Shown here piece by piece: positions 19,198 to 27,668 of a DNA stretch of 61,668 bases (positions are counted from its first letter, which is position 1; every line of letters begins with the position of its first letter). This stretch comes from Chloroflexota bacterium (GTDB lineage Bacteria > Chloroflexota > Limnocylindria > Limnocylindrales > CSP1-4), in assembly GCA_003171255.1 (NCBI GenBank), contig PMYK01000013.1:1-61668 (forward strand), written 5' to 3'. A program made the position numbers and the translations under genes. The notes beneath the pieces were generated by a model. The model was not told where the DNA came from, did no database searches, and was given only the letters and a program-made list of their open reading frames with translations.

Positions 19198-19695
19198 TCA
19201 GGCGCGCCGCACCTCGAAGCGTCGGATTGGCGGGAGCAGGGCCGGGTCGACGATGACCTCGTGCTCGCGGCTGTCGGCAATCTCGACTAGCAGCGCCGAG
19301 GGCGACGCGAGGACGGTCACAACCTCAACCTGCCGATACCCCTGTTCAAGCCAGCGGTCAGCGAACCAACGCGCCCGTTCGAGGTCGGTAGTCCAACTCA
19401 TTCCCCGCCGCCACCGCCCCGGACGGGTGCCTCGATACAGGCGGACGGCTTGCTTGGGCCGAAGCGGATAGTCCGCCGCGCGGAAGAGGGCAACCCACTT
19501 AGGTATCGGGAACTCTCGCGTAGGACCCTCGGCCCTCGTCCATACGGGCTGGAGGACTTCCCTGAGATCGTCGACCGTCAACCTGCCGTCGGCCACCCAC
19601 TCCACAAGCAGGTTTGGTCCTTGGCGTCGGCCCGCCTTGTCCGAAGCCGCGAAGAAGGAGAGCGTCGCGGGGGACAACGAAGGGATGCTTGTCAC
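19198..19695 (-). CDS. hypothetical protein with an R-S-ExE-like pattern (candidate ADP-ribosyltransferase fold)
   Basis: VRLYRGTRP, then GMSWTTDLERARWF, then SREHEVIVDP. These resemble the Arg, S-x-[ST] and ExE elements of R-S-E ARTs, but the R-to-S spacing is unusually short. It is the last gene of the mcrBC-strand cluster. Confidence 0.3.
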   Translation of the reverse strand: MTSIPSLSPATLSFFAASDKAGRRQGPNLLVEWVADGRLTVDDLREVLQPVWTRAEGPTREFPIPKWVALFRAADYPLRPKQAVRLYRGTRPGRWRRGMSWTTDLERARWFADRWLEQGYRQVEVVTVLASPSALLVEIADSREHEVIVDPALLPPIRRFEVRRA

Positions 19696-20000
19696 TTGGG
19701 AACCCTAGCGCCTCGCGCCACCGGGAGGCTGCGGCTTCGGGCGACGGAGAGCGACGACCATGGAGACGGTTGGCGTTCTCCGGATGCCCTGCTGCGATCA
19801 CCTCGTAGTCGACCGCGCCTGTGCCCCTCGAACTCGTCGTCGTCGACGAAGCGAACGAGGACTCGTTGCGGCTTCTTCACGCCGAGTCGAACGACCGCGA
19901 CCTGAACGAGCGGGTCCTGCCCGCGGGCGCGGCAGGCCCAGACCTCACCAGCGGCAGGTACGCTCTGGGGCGGAATGTCATTGCCCTCCAGGGCGGTCAC
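19692..20000 (-). CDS. small hypothetical protein; the 3-prime half may be frame-disrupted
   Basis: The first roughly 60 codons have good GC3 (…GEVWACRARGQDPLVQVAVVRLGVKKPQRVLVRFVDDDEFEG). After that, composition turns Arg/Ser-rich and another frame shows the better bias. Confidence 0.35.
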   Translation of the reverse strand: MTALEGNDIPPQSVPAAGEVWACRARGQDPLVQVAVVRLGVKKPQRVLVRFVDDDEFEGHRRGRLRGDRSRASGERQPSPWSSLSVARSRSLPVARGARVPK

Positions 20001-20183
20001 CAGGCGTCCTCAGGCACTCTCACCGTCTCGAACACCTCTATCCCCACCTTGGCGGAGCTCCCCCTGCCTGGGGTCGCGCAGGCCTGGAAGTAGCAGTCGT
20101 AGCTTGGATACCCGCGAGTGCGGTAGGCCCAGAACTCGCAGGCAGGACGGGTTCTTTGGTGACACTCCACGGACGGCTTCAAC

Positions 20184-20870
20184 TCATGCAGTCACGAGCG
20201 CCGAGCCTGGCGCGACTTGCCCCAACGTGATCCGAACACAGCTTTCGCCGACGCCGAACGCGTCCTTGACAACGAGGAGGCATACGATCCGATGGTCGTC
20301 TGGGTTGCCGAGTGGACCGCCGACCACCGGCTGGAGGCAGTCGATGATGTGCTTCACCGGGCCGGTTGCCACATCGCCGATATTCACCCGCGTGTCGCCG
20401 AACTCGAGAGCGACCGAGAGTGGGCCCCCCGGAGCAGGTGTCCCCTGCGCCTGAACCCAGGCGAGGAAGCGCACGTCGCGGGCGCTTGACGGCGGGCCAC
20501 CGGACCAGGTGGCCGCCAGGCTGGGAGCGGCAACCACAGACGCGACCTCGGGCGCTGGATCCGAGGTGAGCGCGATCGCAGCCCCTTCATTAGCTGCTGG
20601 ACGCTTCGTGGCGAGATACCAAATGAGCCCGGTCCGGCTTCCGCCGAACCAGCGCAGTCGGTTGATGACGGTCGAGAAGACGGGCTCACACAGATTGTCG
20701 ATGTCCGGGTGACTCGGCCACCCGTGATCGCCCCGAAGGCTGAAGTCCAACACCATCCCCGCGGAGTACTCGCCCGAGGAAGCGGGCACCTGTACGGCGA
20801 TCGCGTCCTTCCAACGGCGCTCACTAGCAGTAGCAAACGGGGCGGGTCGTCCTGCGATCAACGCCTTCAT
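20184..20870 (-). CDS. hypothetical protein with RusA-like motifs
   Basis: ATG 20870 lies 22 nt after the mcrC stop. HPDIDNLCEPVFSTV resembles the RusA D-x-D-N-L-x-K core. A second half carries PVKHIIDCL...NPDDHRIVCLLVVKD. The ORF track extends it to 21275 inside mcrC, which I reject. Confidence 0.4.
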   Translation of the reverse strand: MKALIAGRPAPFATASERRWKDAIAVQVPASSGEYSAGMVLDFSLRGDHGWPSHPDIDNLCEPVFSTVINRLRWFGGSRTGLIWYLATKRPAANEGAAIALTSDPAPEVASVVAAPSLAATWSGGPPSSARDVRFLAWVQAQGTPAPGGPLSVALEFGDTRVNIGDVATGPVKHIIDCLQPVVGGPLGNPDDHRIVCLLVVKDAFGVGESCVRITLGQVAPGSALVTA

Positions 20871-20892
20871 GTGCCGCCCTCGCTGATGAAGC

Positions 20893-22239
20893 TCATGTGA
20901 GTGACTGTGCGGCAATCCCATGACCCACGGCCGCCCGTAGCGACTCCAGCGCAGGGTACGTGCTCGTCCGTCGCTCCCGGATCGCCGACAGGGCTGCTTC
21001 GACGTCGAATGGGATAGCCCGGAGGCGCGCTGCGGCGACCCCGTCCTGGCCCTGAACCCGCAGTCTCGCTCCACCGCCGCCCGTCGAAGCCGGGTACAAA
21101 ATGAACCCACTTGCCGGGTCCGCCTCTGCTGCTTGCCGGCGCCCGTAGGCGTAGGCATAGAAGAAGACCTGGTACACGTCGGCCGGCTCGATCTTGCGCT
21201 CGTCGTAGAGCTTGTACTTGGCATCCACCGGCACGCGGCGACGCCGGCCACCTGCCACGTGCTCGAGCAGCACATCCGGGATTACCGCCGCGTACGGCCG
21301 CCATGTCGCCTCATTGAGGATCAGCGAGCGGTCGCGCCGCTGAGCCAGCACTCTGACGGTTGATCCAGCGAAGGAGTCTTCGAGGAACCGGGTGACGAAC
21401 TGCTCGAACAGCACGTTCATGTCGAGCAGGAAGGCGAACGACCGGCCACCGCCAGGAGCGAACAGATCGGCGACGCCGAGCCGCTCGATGAAGTACCGAG
21501 CGTAGGCGTGTGCAGTTCGGTAGTGGCTGTTTCGGCGGTCGTATGAGACCTCGCCAACGGCCGACGCCGGATCGAGCCCGGTGGTCGTGCAGGCATCGTT
21601 GAACACACTGTGCACCCGCGCAAGACGCCGACGCACGTCTGGATCTCTACAGACGCGGCGCGCGAGCGCGAGTCCGACCGCAAGCAGTCGATTCTCCAGA
21701 ATGTCCGTCTCGAGCTCGTCGAACCTGCACTCGAGGCGATCGACGCGCCCGAAGTGGCGCTCCACCTGCTCGGCGGGCAGCAGACGGCCGCGAACGGCGG
21801 GAAGTGTCTCCTCATGCGCAACGTAGTCCTGAAGGAGGCCGTCCCGGATGATGCGCTCGCTCGACTCGGCTAGTAGGAGGCCAAGCAGGTCCACCAGCCG
21901 TCCGGCCGGCGCCACGGCAAGTTGACGTACCGCGCCGAACCGGGCGAGAGCACCGAGTCCACTCGCGTAGTCGATCATCTCGATGACCCCGAGGTTGCCG
22001 CCCACAAGCTTGGGGACGACGCGGACCTCGAAGCCCTCGAACCTGACCACTCCGACCCACGAGGTGGGGCGCACGCGAACACCGGCCACCAGTTCGTCGA
22101 CGACCAGCCGCCCTTCGCCATCGCCGAGCGCGGCCGCCAGGAGCCGATCACGCTCGCTTAGCGTCACTCCCGGGAGGATCGCGGCCGGCTCCCACTCGCT
22201 GAACTCAAAGGTCGGCCACTCGGCGGCGACGACCTTCAT
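20893..22239 (-). CDS. mcrC: McrC-like subunit of a McrBC type IV restriction system
   Basis: Size, an ATGA overlap with the upstream AAA+ McrB-like gene, and a C-terminal PD-(D/E)xK-like segment (IPDVLLE...VPVDAKYK). Confidence 0.75.
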   Translation of the reverse strand: MKVVAAEWPTFEFSEWEPAAILPGVTLSERDRLLAAALGDGEGRLVVDELVAGVRVRPTSWVGVVRFEGFEVRVVPKLVGGNLGVIEMIDYASGLGALARFGAVRQLAVAPAGRLVDLLGLLLAESSERIIRDGLLQDYVAHEETLPAVRGRLLPAEQVERHFGRVDRLECRFDELETDILENRLLAVGLALARRVCRDPDVRRRLARVHSVFNDACTTTGLDPASAVGEVSYDRRNSHYRTAHAYARYFIERLGVADLFAPGGGRSFAFLLDMNVLFEQFVTRFLEDSFAGSTVRVLAQRRDRSLILNEATWRPYAAVIPDVLLEHVAGGRRRRVPVDAKYKLYDERKIEPADVYQVFFYAYAYGRRQAAEADPASGFILYPASTGGGGARLRVQGQDGVAAARLRAIPFDVEAALSAIRERRTSTYPALESLRAAVGHGIAAQSLT

Positions 22240-24818
22240 TCGGGCTCTGCCTCTCCTTGAGACGGGGCGCCCGGCTGGAACTCAGCGAGAAGGGCACTGA
22301 GCAGCTCGGAGGGGTCCTCGAGCTTCTCGGGCACAACCCGCTGCTCATCTACGTCCACCAACGCGGGCCCAAGGTAGGTCACAAGCTCGCGGTAGTCCTC
22401 GAAGGCGTACTCCTGAAGTAGCGGCAGGATCTCGTGCCGGAAGCGCGCCGCGAACAGGCTGGCTTCAGCTATTGGCTGATCCCCGTCCATCAGGAACGAA
22501 TGGCCGATCTGCTTCTCTCGACCTTCGACGCGCGCAATCCGGCGGTTGAGCTCACCAAGGAACGCAGCCAGTTCCAGCCCGCCGACGCGCGCTCCCTCGA
22601 GAAGACTCGTGTCAGGCATGAGCTCGATGAAGGCGAAGCGGCGACGGAGAGCCGAGTCAAGCAGGCGGATTGACCGATCGGCCGTGTTCATCGTGCCGAG
22701 CAGGAAAACGTTCGGTGGGATCGAGAACGTCTCACGACTTTGGGGCAGCACGACCGAGAGACCACGCTTGTCGAGTTCGATTAGCGTGATGAGCTCACCG
22801 AAGATCTTGGGCATGTTGCCGCGGTTGATCTCGTCGATCAGCAGGAGGAACGGTTGCTCGGGCTTGGCCTGCGCCGCGCGACAGACTCGCTTGAAGACCC
22901 CGTCGACGAGCTGCAGGTCGAGTTGCCCGGTGCCGGTGGCGACCGGCTTGTAGCCCTCTACGAAGTCCTCGTACGTGTACGAGGGGTGGAAGGTCACGCG
23001 AGTAAGCGCCCCGATCGTCTCGGTCGGCCCGAGCTGGAGTAAACCGAGCGACGAGTCGCGGTCGGCCAGCCATGAGAGAAGGTAGTCGGCCTCCTCGCCG
23101 GTGAGCGCGAAGAGAGTCCCCTGGTTGCGGAACTTGAGAGGCTCGCTCTTGGCCAGCTCGGTCGACTTCAGGAGCTCGTCATACGTCGGCCCGTTGGCCA
23201 CATGGGCTACTGGCTCGAGCGTGATCACCGGGTTTTCTCCGACGGTATGCAGGCCCTCGCGAACCTTCGCCAACGCGACGATCCGCTTGTCAGGGTTGGC
23301 CTGGTAGCCGATGACGAGATCGCCCGGTTGCACGAGCGGATAGTTCCGCTGGAGGCGACCGTAGCGGTAGTCGACGGAGCCCTCCTTGAAGATCTGGTCC
23401 CAGCTCCATTCCTTCGGGTTCGCGACCACCCACCAGACGCGGCGCTCGGCCTGCGCCGTCGAGAGTGTCCGCTCGGCTCTCGCGAAAGCCGCCGGGTCAC
23501 CCAGGAGATGGTCCGTGTCGAGCCCGGCGCGCTGAGCGAGCCACCAGACGCTGAAGCGGCGGGCGCTGTACGTCTTGCCGGTTCCGGGCGGCCCGTAGAG
23601 GATCGCCTGACCCTTCCGGCGAAGAGCCCCGTCGATGACGCCGAAGATGGGATCTGGCGGCACGACGGGCTGCTCCACCTTGGCCTTGCCGGCCGACTCC
23701 TTCACGACCGACCGGCCCGCCAGGATCCGCTGGTACTCGGCCTGGCCGATCGGGGCCACCGTCTTGAACGCCCACCGCTTGATCGGGTCGATCGAGCGCG
23801 CCTGCCTCTCGTCCCACTTGACGCGGACGGTCTGGCCAAAGCTCGGCAGATCCTCTCGTCGCTCGTACCCGGGTTCGACGACTGCGCCGATGGCGAGGAC
23901 CTCAGAAGTCCCGCGATTCGCCACGACGAGATCGCCTGGTTCGAGCTCAGTCAGAGTCCAGACCTCGTTCGCCTTCTCCGTGATCTTCGCTTGGTTGCCC
24001 TTGTACAGAGCTCCGAACGCCTCGGCGAAACGAGCCCGGAACTCTTCCTTGGAGGGATAGTCACGTAGGTCGCCGACCTCATCCCAGCCGACGCGGATGT
24101 ATCCGTTGGTCAGGCAGTCGTCCCAGAGCTCGGCGTTGTGTCCGGGGGCTATCTTGACGATCCGGGCGGTCTTGCCGGGATGGCTCCAGTGGTATAGGAA
24201 GCGTTCGATCTCGATCGTCGACCAGCCGGCGAACTCAGGACGCTCGCGCACGAGCTGCGTGAGCTTGTAGGCACCAGGCACGCCCCAGGGGATGTCACCT
24301 TCACCCTTGAGCAGCGCCCAGAAGTGCTCGAGATGGGTGTGTGAGTTGATCGGAAGCAGCTGATCCGGGAAGTAGGTGTGGATCGTCTTCGTGGTGAGGG
24401 CCGGCGCCCAGTTGATGGGCTCTATGTCGCCGATCGCGACAAGGTCGCCGGCCGCGGCCAGTTCGAGGGCACGCACGAACCCCGCGCGGGTTGCCGTCCA
24501 CGCCTCCTCCAGGTTCGAGAACCGGCGGTCAAACCACCATTCGCCGGTTCCGCGCCGCTTGAAGATGAGGAGCTTCCGCGAGGACCCGCCTGAGATGCTC
24601 CCGAGGTCCGGGGTCGCGAACTCCATCGCGTAGCAGTAGCTCTCGGTGGAGTTTTCTGTCCCGAGCGCGTATCTCTCGACGGGCATGTCCGGCCACGACT
24701 CCCGGGGGAAGCGGGCCAGAACATCCGCACGTTCGGCCTCGGCCGCCTTGACCCCTTTGGCATCGCCCTCACGTGACCAGGCTGCGAGTGCCTCTTCGAG
24801 CGTCATTGGCGTGCTCAT
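22236..24818 (-). CDS. mcrB: McrB-like AAA+ GTPase/ATPase with extra PUA/EVE-like reader modules
   Basis: Walker A ILYGPPGTGKTY, Walker B FLLLIDEINRGN, and the McrB signature LGTMNTADRS. An EVE-like segment (RVWWVVANPKEWSWDQ...GDLVIGYQANPDKRIVALAKV) sits between Walker A and Walker B. A second beta-barrel-like module lies upstream (IVKIAPGHNAELWDDCLTNGYIRVGWDEVGDL). Confidence 0.8.
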   Translation of the reverse strand: MSTPMTLEEALAAWSREGDAKGVKAAEAERADVLARFPRESWPDMPVERYALGTENSTESYCYAMEFATPDLGSISGGSSRKLLIFKRRGTGEWWFDRRFSNLEEAWTATRAGFVRALELAAAGDLVAIGDIEPINWAPALTTKTIHTYFPDQLLPINSHTHLEHFWALLKGEGDIPWGVPGAYKLTQLVRERPEFAGWSTIEIERFLYHWSHPGKTARIVKIAPGHNAELWDDCLTNGYIRVGWDEVGDLRDYPSKEEFRARFAEAFGALYKGNQAKITEKANEVWTLTELEPGDLVVANRGTSEVLAIGAVVEPGYERREDLPSFGQTVRVKWDERQARSIDPIKRWAFKTVAPIGQAEYQRILAGRSVVKESAGKAKVEQPVVPPDPIFGVIDGALRRKGQAILYGPPGTGKTYSARRFSVWWLAQRAGLDTDHLLGDPAAFARAERTLSTAQAERRVWWVVANPKEWSWDQIFKEGSVDYRYGRLQRNYPLVQPGDLVIGYQANPDKRIVALAKVREGLHTVGENPVITLEPVAHVANGPTYDELLKSTELAKSEPLKFRNQGTLFALTGEEADYLLSWLADRDSSLGLLQLGPTETIGALTRVTFHPSYTYEDFVEGYKPVATGTGQLDLQLVDGVFKRVCRAAQAKPEQPFLLLIDEINRGNMPKIFGELITLIELDKRGLSVVLPQSRETFSIPPNVFLLGTMNTADRSIRLLDSALRRRFAFIELMPDTSLLEGARVGGLELAAFLGELNRRIARVEGREKQIGHSFLMDGDQPIAEASLFAARFRHEILPLLQEYAFEDYRELVTYLGPALVDVDEQRVVPEKLEDPSELLSALLAEFQPGAPSQGEAEPE

Positions 24819-24947
24819 GCTTTCCCTCTCGCGCGTCCGTACTACCCAGATTGCTTCTCGATGCGTTCGCCAGAATCAGGTCCCGAGTCGTTCGCGATCC
24901 ACCGTCTCCGCTCAGCGTAGCCCGGCGGCGCTGCCGAGGCATCATCC

Positions 24948-24974
24948 CATCACGATATTCACCATTATCGCGAT
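24948..24974. promoter_or_regulatory. 27-bp conserved intergenic motif, copy A (upstream of mcrB)
   Basis: CATCACGATATTCACCATTATCGCGAT matches copy C at 20 of 27 positions. Its reverse complement contains GATAAT. Confidence 0.5.
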
Positions 24975-25127
24975 CGCCTGGCAGCACCCGGTGCACCCGA
25001 TCCGGCCACGGCGAGGCTGATTGGTGGCGATGCTCGCCCACTGAGTACCCTTGCGCAACTCGGCCTCCGGGGACCTTTGCCCGCCCGATGCTGCCGTGCT
25101 GGCGCGCCATGCTGGAAGCGTACCGAC

Positions 25128-25154
25128 CATCACCGTAAGACTCATTACCGTGAG
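25128..25154. promoter_or_regulatory. 27-bp conserved intergenic motif, copy B (upstream of mcrB)
   Basis: CATCACCGTAAGACTCATTACCGTGAG matches copy C at 22 of 27 positions. Confidence 0.5.
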
Positions 25155-25266
25155 TCCTGGCGGCGCTCGGTGTGTCCCAATCGAGCCTTGATCAGGCCCA
25201 TTGGCGGCAGCCCAATGGCGGCCACGACCTGAACGCGAGGAATGCGGTCCTCGCCATCCCGACGAT

Positions 25267-26562
25267 CTATGCCGGCCAGTTGATCGTCTGGTCGAGTGGC
25301 ATCGGACCCCAAGCCGGATCTTTGCCAGGGAACCCGGTTGGCGGCTTTGCGCCGTCGTATCGCCACTCATCGGGCGGGGGCTTAGCCGAACCGATCGCGA
25401 AGCACCATCCCGAGACCGTTTGCCGCCAGGCATACCAAGCCTTGCGATCCTTACGGACTACCAGGTGAATGCCATGCTCATCGGGGAGACCGCATACAGT
25501 GAAGTCGCTATTGTTGAGCTTCCCGAGCATGTCGTGGTGGTATCCACCGCCAGGGTTGGAGTACCAGCTTCCTTGGCAACTCGCGATCCATTCCAGGGCT
25601 TCGCGGGTTTCCTCGAACTCCCGCTCGTCGAGCTGTCGGCCCTCTTCGTCCGTCCCGATCAAGCCAGCGTTGTCACGCAGGCGATCGGCCACGCGCTTCT
25701 TGGCGGCTTCAGCCTCGCGTATCGACCGGCGGTAGTCGGCAACGATCTTGAGTCCTTCGCGCACCGACTTCGTCCGGGCGAGCTCCCAGCACGCCTTCGT
25801 GGCAGCCAAGGAGTCCATGTCGCGCGCAGCCAGACGGAACCCGAGAACAAGGGCCGTCTTTGCCCTCCAGCCGATCGGAGAATACGAGTTGCTCACCGTC
25901 ATCCGGGTCACCGCCGACTCGTAACTCAGCAGCAAGCTAAACGGATAGATGAACGGGAGTACTGCGAGTGTCAGCCAGATCGGGAGCAGGAGCGAAAGCC
26001 CGAGGTCCAGACCGTCTAGATCCGACAGCTGCGTACCGACTGTCCAGGTGACGTATCCGAGGAGGGCAAGGCCAATCAGCGCCGACATTCGATCGGCGAG
26101 CCGCTTCGCGGGCGCGAGCTTGGGGTTGTACTTGCCCGTTGCCGAGGCAATCACGACGATCGCGATGACCGGCTGAAGCAGGAACTCAGCCCAAAGCGGA
26201 AAGAGTGCGAGGTTCATGTAGAACCCGACGAAGACGCTGATGCCGACGGTCCGACGGGCGGTTCGCCGGTAGAAGCCTGGCTTCGCGGAGTCGCGGTTGC
26301 CGAACAGGAGGGGCAGGCCGACGGTGACCAACCAGATCAAGGTGTCCTTGGACAGACTCGTGTTCCACAAGCCAAACGCCCTGGCAGCCAACACGGCGAC
26401 GGCGACGTAGCCGACATAGGCCAGCACCGACACGATGATCGATCGAACCATGAAAGCGCGGACCAAATCCCCGATTGTCTTGCGCGCTCCTGGTCTCGGA
26501 AGGGCAACCGCGAGGATCACTCCGACCCACAGAACTGATGCGAGCTCGCGATTCGTCAGCAT
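25267..26562 (-). CDS. polytopic membrane protein with a coiled-coil and a Trp/His-rich soluble C-terminal domain; function unknown
   Basis: ATG 26562 is preceded by AGGAGGGG. It has about 6-7 hydrophobic helices, then a charged helix (REAEAAKKRVADRLRDN), then a roughly 120-aa domain (SWYSNPGGGYHHDMLGK...WYAWRQTVSGWCF). Confidence 0.6.
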   Translation of the reverse strand: MLTNRELASVLWVGVILAVALPRPGARKTIGDLVRAFMVRSIIVSVLAYVGYVAVAVLAARAFGLWNTSLSKDTLIWLVTVGLPLLFGNRDSAKPGFYRRTARRTVGISVFVGFYMNLALFPLWAEFLLQPVIAIVVIASATGKYNPKLAPAKRLADRMSALIGLALLGYVTWTVGTQLSDLDGLDLGLSLLLPIWLTLAVLPFIYPFSLLLSYESAVTRMTVSNSYSPIGWRAKTALVLGFRLAARDMDSLAATKACWELARTKSVREGLKIVADYRRSIREAEAAKKRVADRLRDNAGLIGTDEEGRQLDEREFEETREALEWIASCQGSWYSNPGGGYHHDMLGKLNNSDFTVCGLPDEHGIHLVVRKDRKAWYAWRQTVSGWCFAIGSAKPPPDEWRYDGAKPPTGFPGKDPAWGPMPLDQTINWPA

Positions 26563-26769
26563 TCGTACCCCTCCTGCTAGCAGTCTAGCGAGGACCCACG
26601 TATCCGACGACGGTGAGCTGAAACACGATCGCTCTGACGGAATAGAGACGCGAGCCACGAGGAAACGGCATCGCTAAGCGACGTCAGAAAGGGGTCCTGC
26701 CATCGCGGGGATCTTCCGAGGCCCTCAGCGCGTGGGGCCAGACATCGACGTTGGCGTCGTAGGCGCGCG

Positions 26770-26796
26770 CATCACCATGAGACTCATTATCGCGAT
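26770..26796. promoter_or_regulatory. 27-bp conserved intergenic motif, copy C (upstream of the 25267-26562 gene)
   Basis: CATCACCATGAGACTCATTATCGCGAT. Its reverse complement reads ATCGCGATAATGAGTCTCATGGTGATG. Confidence 0.5.
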
Positions 26797-26897
26797 TGCG
26801 GTCAGAATCCATTCGGCCCGCCCAGGCTCACCGTCCGATGCCGCGAGGAGGTGAGGGCGGCTCGGGTCTTGACCCCGACGAGCCTCGATGAGGCCCG

Positions 26898-27668
26898 TTA
26901 AGACTCAAGAATGCGTTCTACGTCCTCCACTGCCAGGGTGGCGGTTCGCACCGCGTGAACCGTGAATGCCAGGGCTAAGGTGTCATCGGCCGACGCCTTC
27001 ATCACTTGGCCGCCTGGCGCTACCCCAGGTCCGACTGGCGTTGTCGCAAGGAGAAGAGAAGCCCAGGGCCGGCTGTGCGCGAAGCTGCTGGCGATCGAGT
27101 AGTTGGTCTCTCCCTGATCGCCCGGCCGATTCGAGTACTGTCGGAAGAGGTCCGTAAGGTTGATCCCAGTAAGCGCACGCAGGCCCAGCGCCGTAACTTC
27201 GGCATCGAGGTCCGCTATCCGATCCGCCGCGCCTTTGGCCGGCGGAACAGGCTTTGCCTTAAGGATCTCCTCGACGCGACGCCTCTGTCTGTAATCCTCG
27301 CGCAGCCAGGAAGCAGCGCGAGCCAGTTGCTCCTCGGGCTGAACCGTTGGATCTACCAGCCAGCGGGCGACGACGCTTGATTCCATCGACGCTCGAAGCA
27401 GGGTCATGTGAGCCGACGACGGCTGAAGCCCGTTTGCTATCACATGGCGCCACGTGATCAGATGGTCGAGTGAGTTGGCTACTTGGACCATAGCGGCCCG
27501 CGCCGGCTCAGCGCCGAGTAGGGTCGACATAGCCAAGTCGGCCCTGGCCCTGGAGCCCGGTGCGAACTCTGAGAGTGAGTTGAAGGCCTCGCATCGCTCC
27601 CGCAGAACATCAACGACCGCCAACGTGGCCAGCATTTGTCCCGTGATCGCCGCGTCCTGTGTCGCCAT
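26898..27668 (-). CDS. all-alpha hypothetical protein, divergent from the SLATT cassette
   Basis: Good coding bias. No catalytic motif recognised. Confidence 0.5.
   Translation of the reverse strand: MATQDAAITGQMLATLAVVDVLRERCEAFNSLSEFAPGSRARADLAMSTLLGAEPARAAMVQVANSLDHLITWRHVIANGLQPSSAHMTLLRASMESSVVARWLVDPTVQPEEQLARAASWLREDYRQRRRVEEILKAKPVPPAKGAADRIADLDAEVTALGLRALTGINLTDLFRQYSNRPGDQGETNYSIASSFAHSRPWASLLLATTPVGPGVAPGGQVMKASADDTLALAFTVHAVRTATLAVEDVERILES

Noticed and set aside
20871-21275. N-terminal extension of the 20184 ORF reaching back to 21275.
   Set aside because: The extension lies inside mcrC in another frame and is Arg/Ser/Cys-rich. ATG 20870, just after the mcrC stop, fits operon structure.
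24769-25110. 113-aa minus-strand ORF, and its upstream extension, that translate the 27-bp motif copies into similar peptides (RDNGEYRDG, GNESYGDG).
   Set aside because: It overlaps the mcrB start in another frame and has poor coding bias and low-complexity composition. The similarity is better explained at the DNA level.
26683-26812. 43-codon minus-strand ORF (MDSDRNRDNESHGD...) covering motif copy C.
   Set aside because: It is too short, has no clear RBS, and has no support beyond being an open frame.
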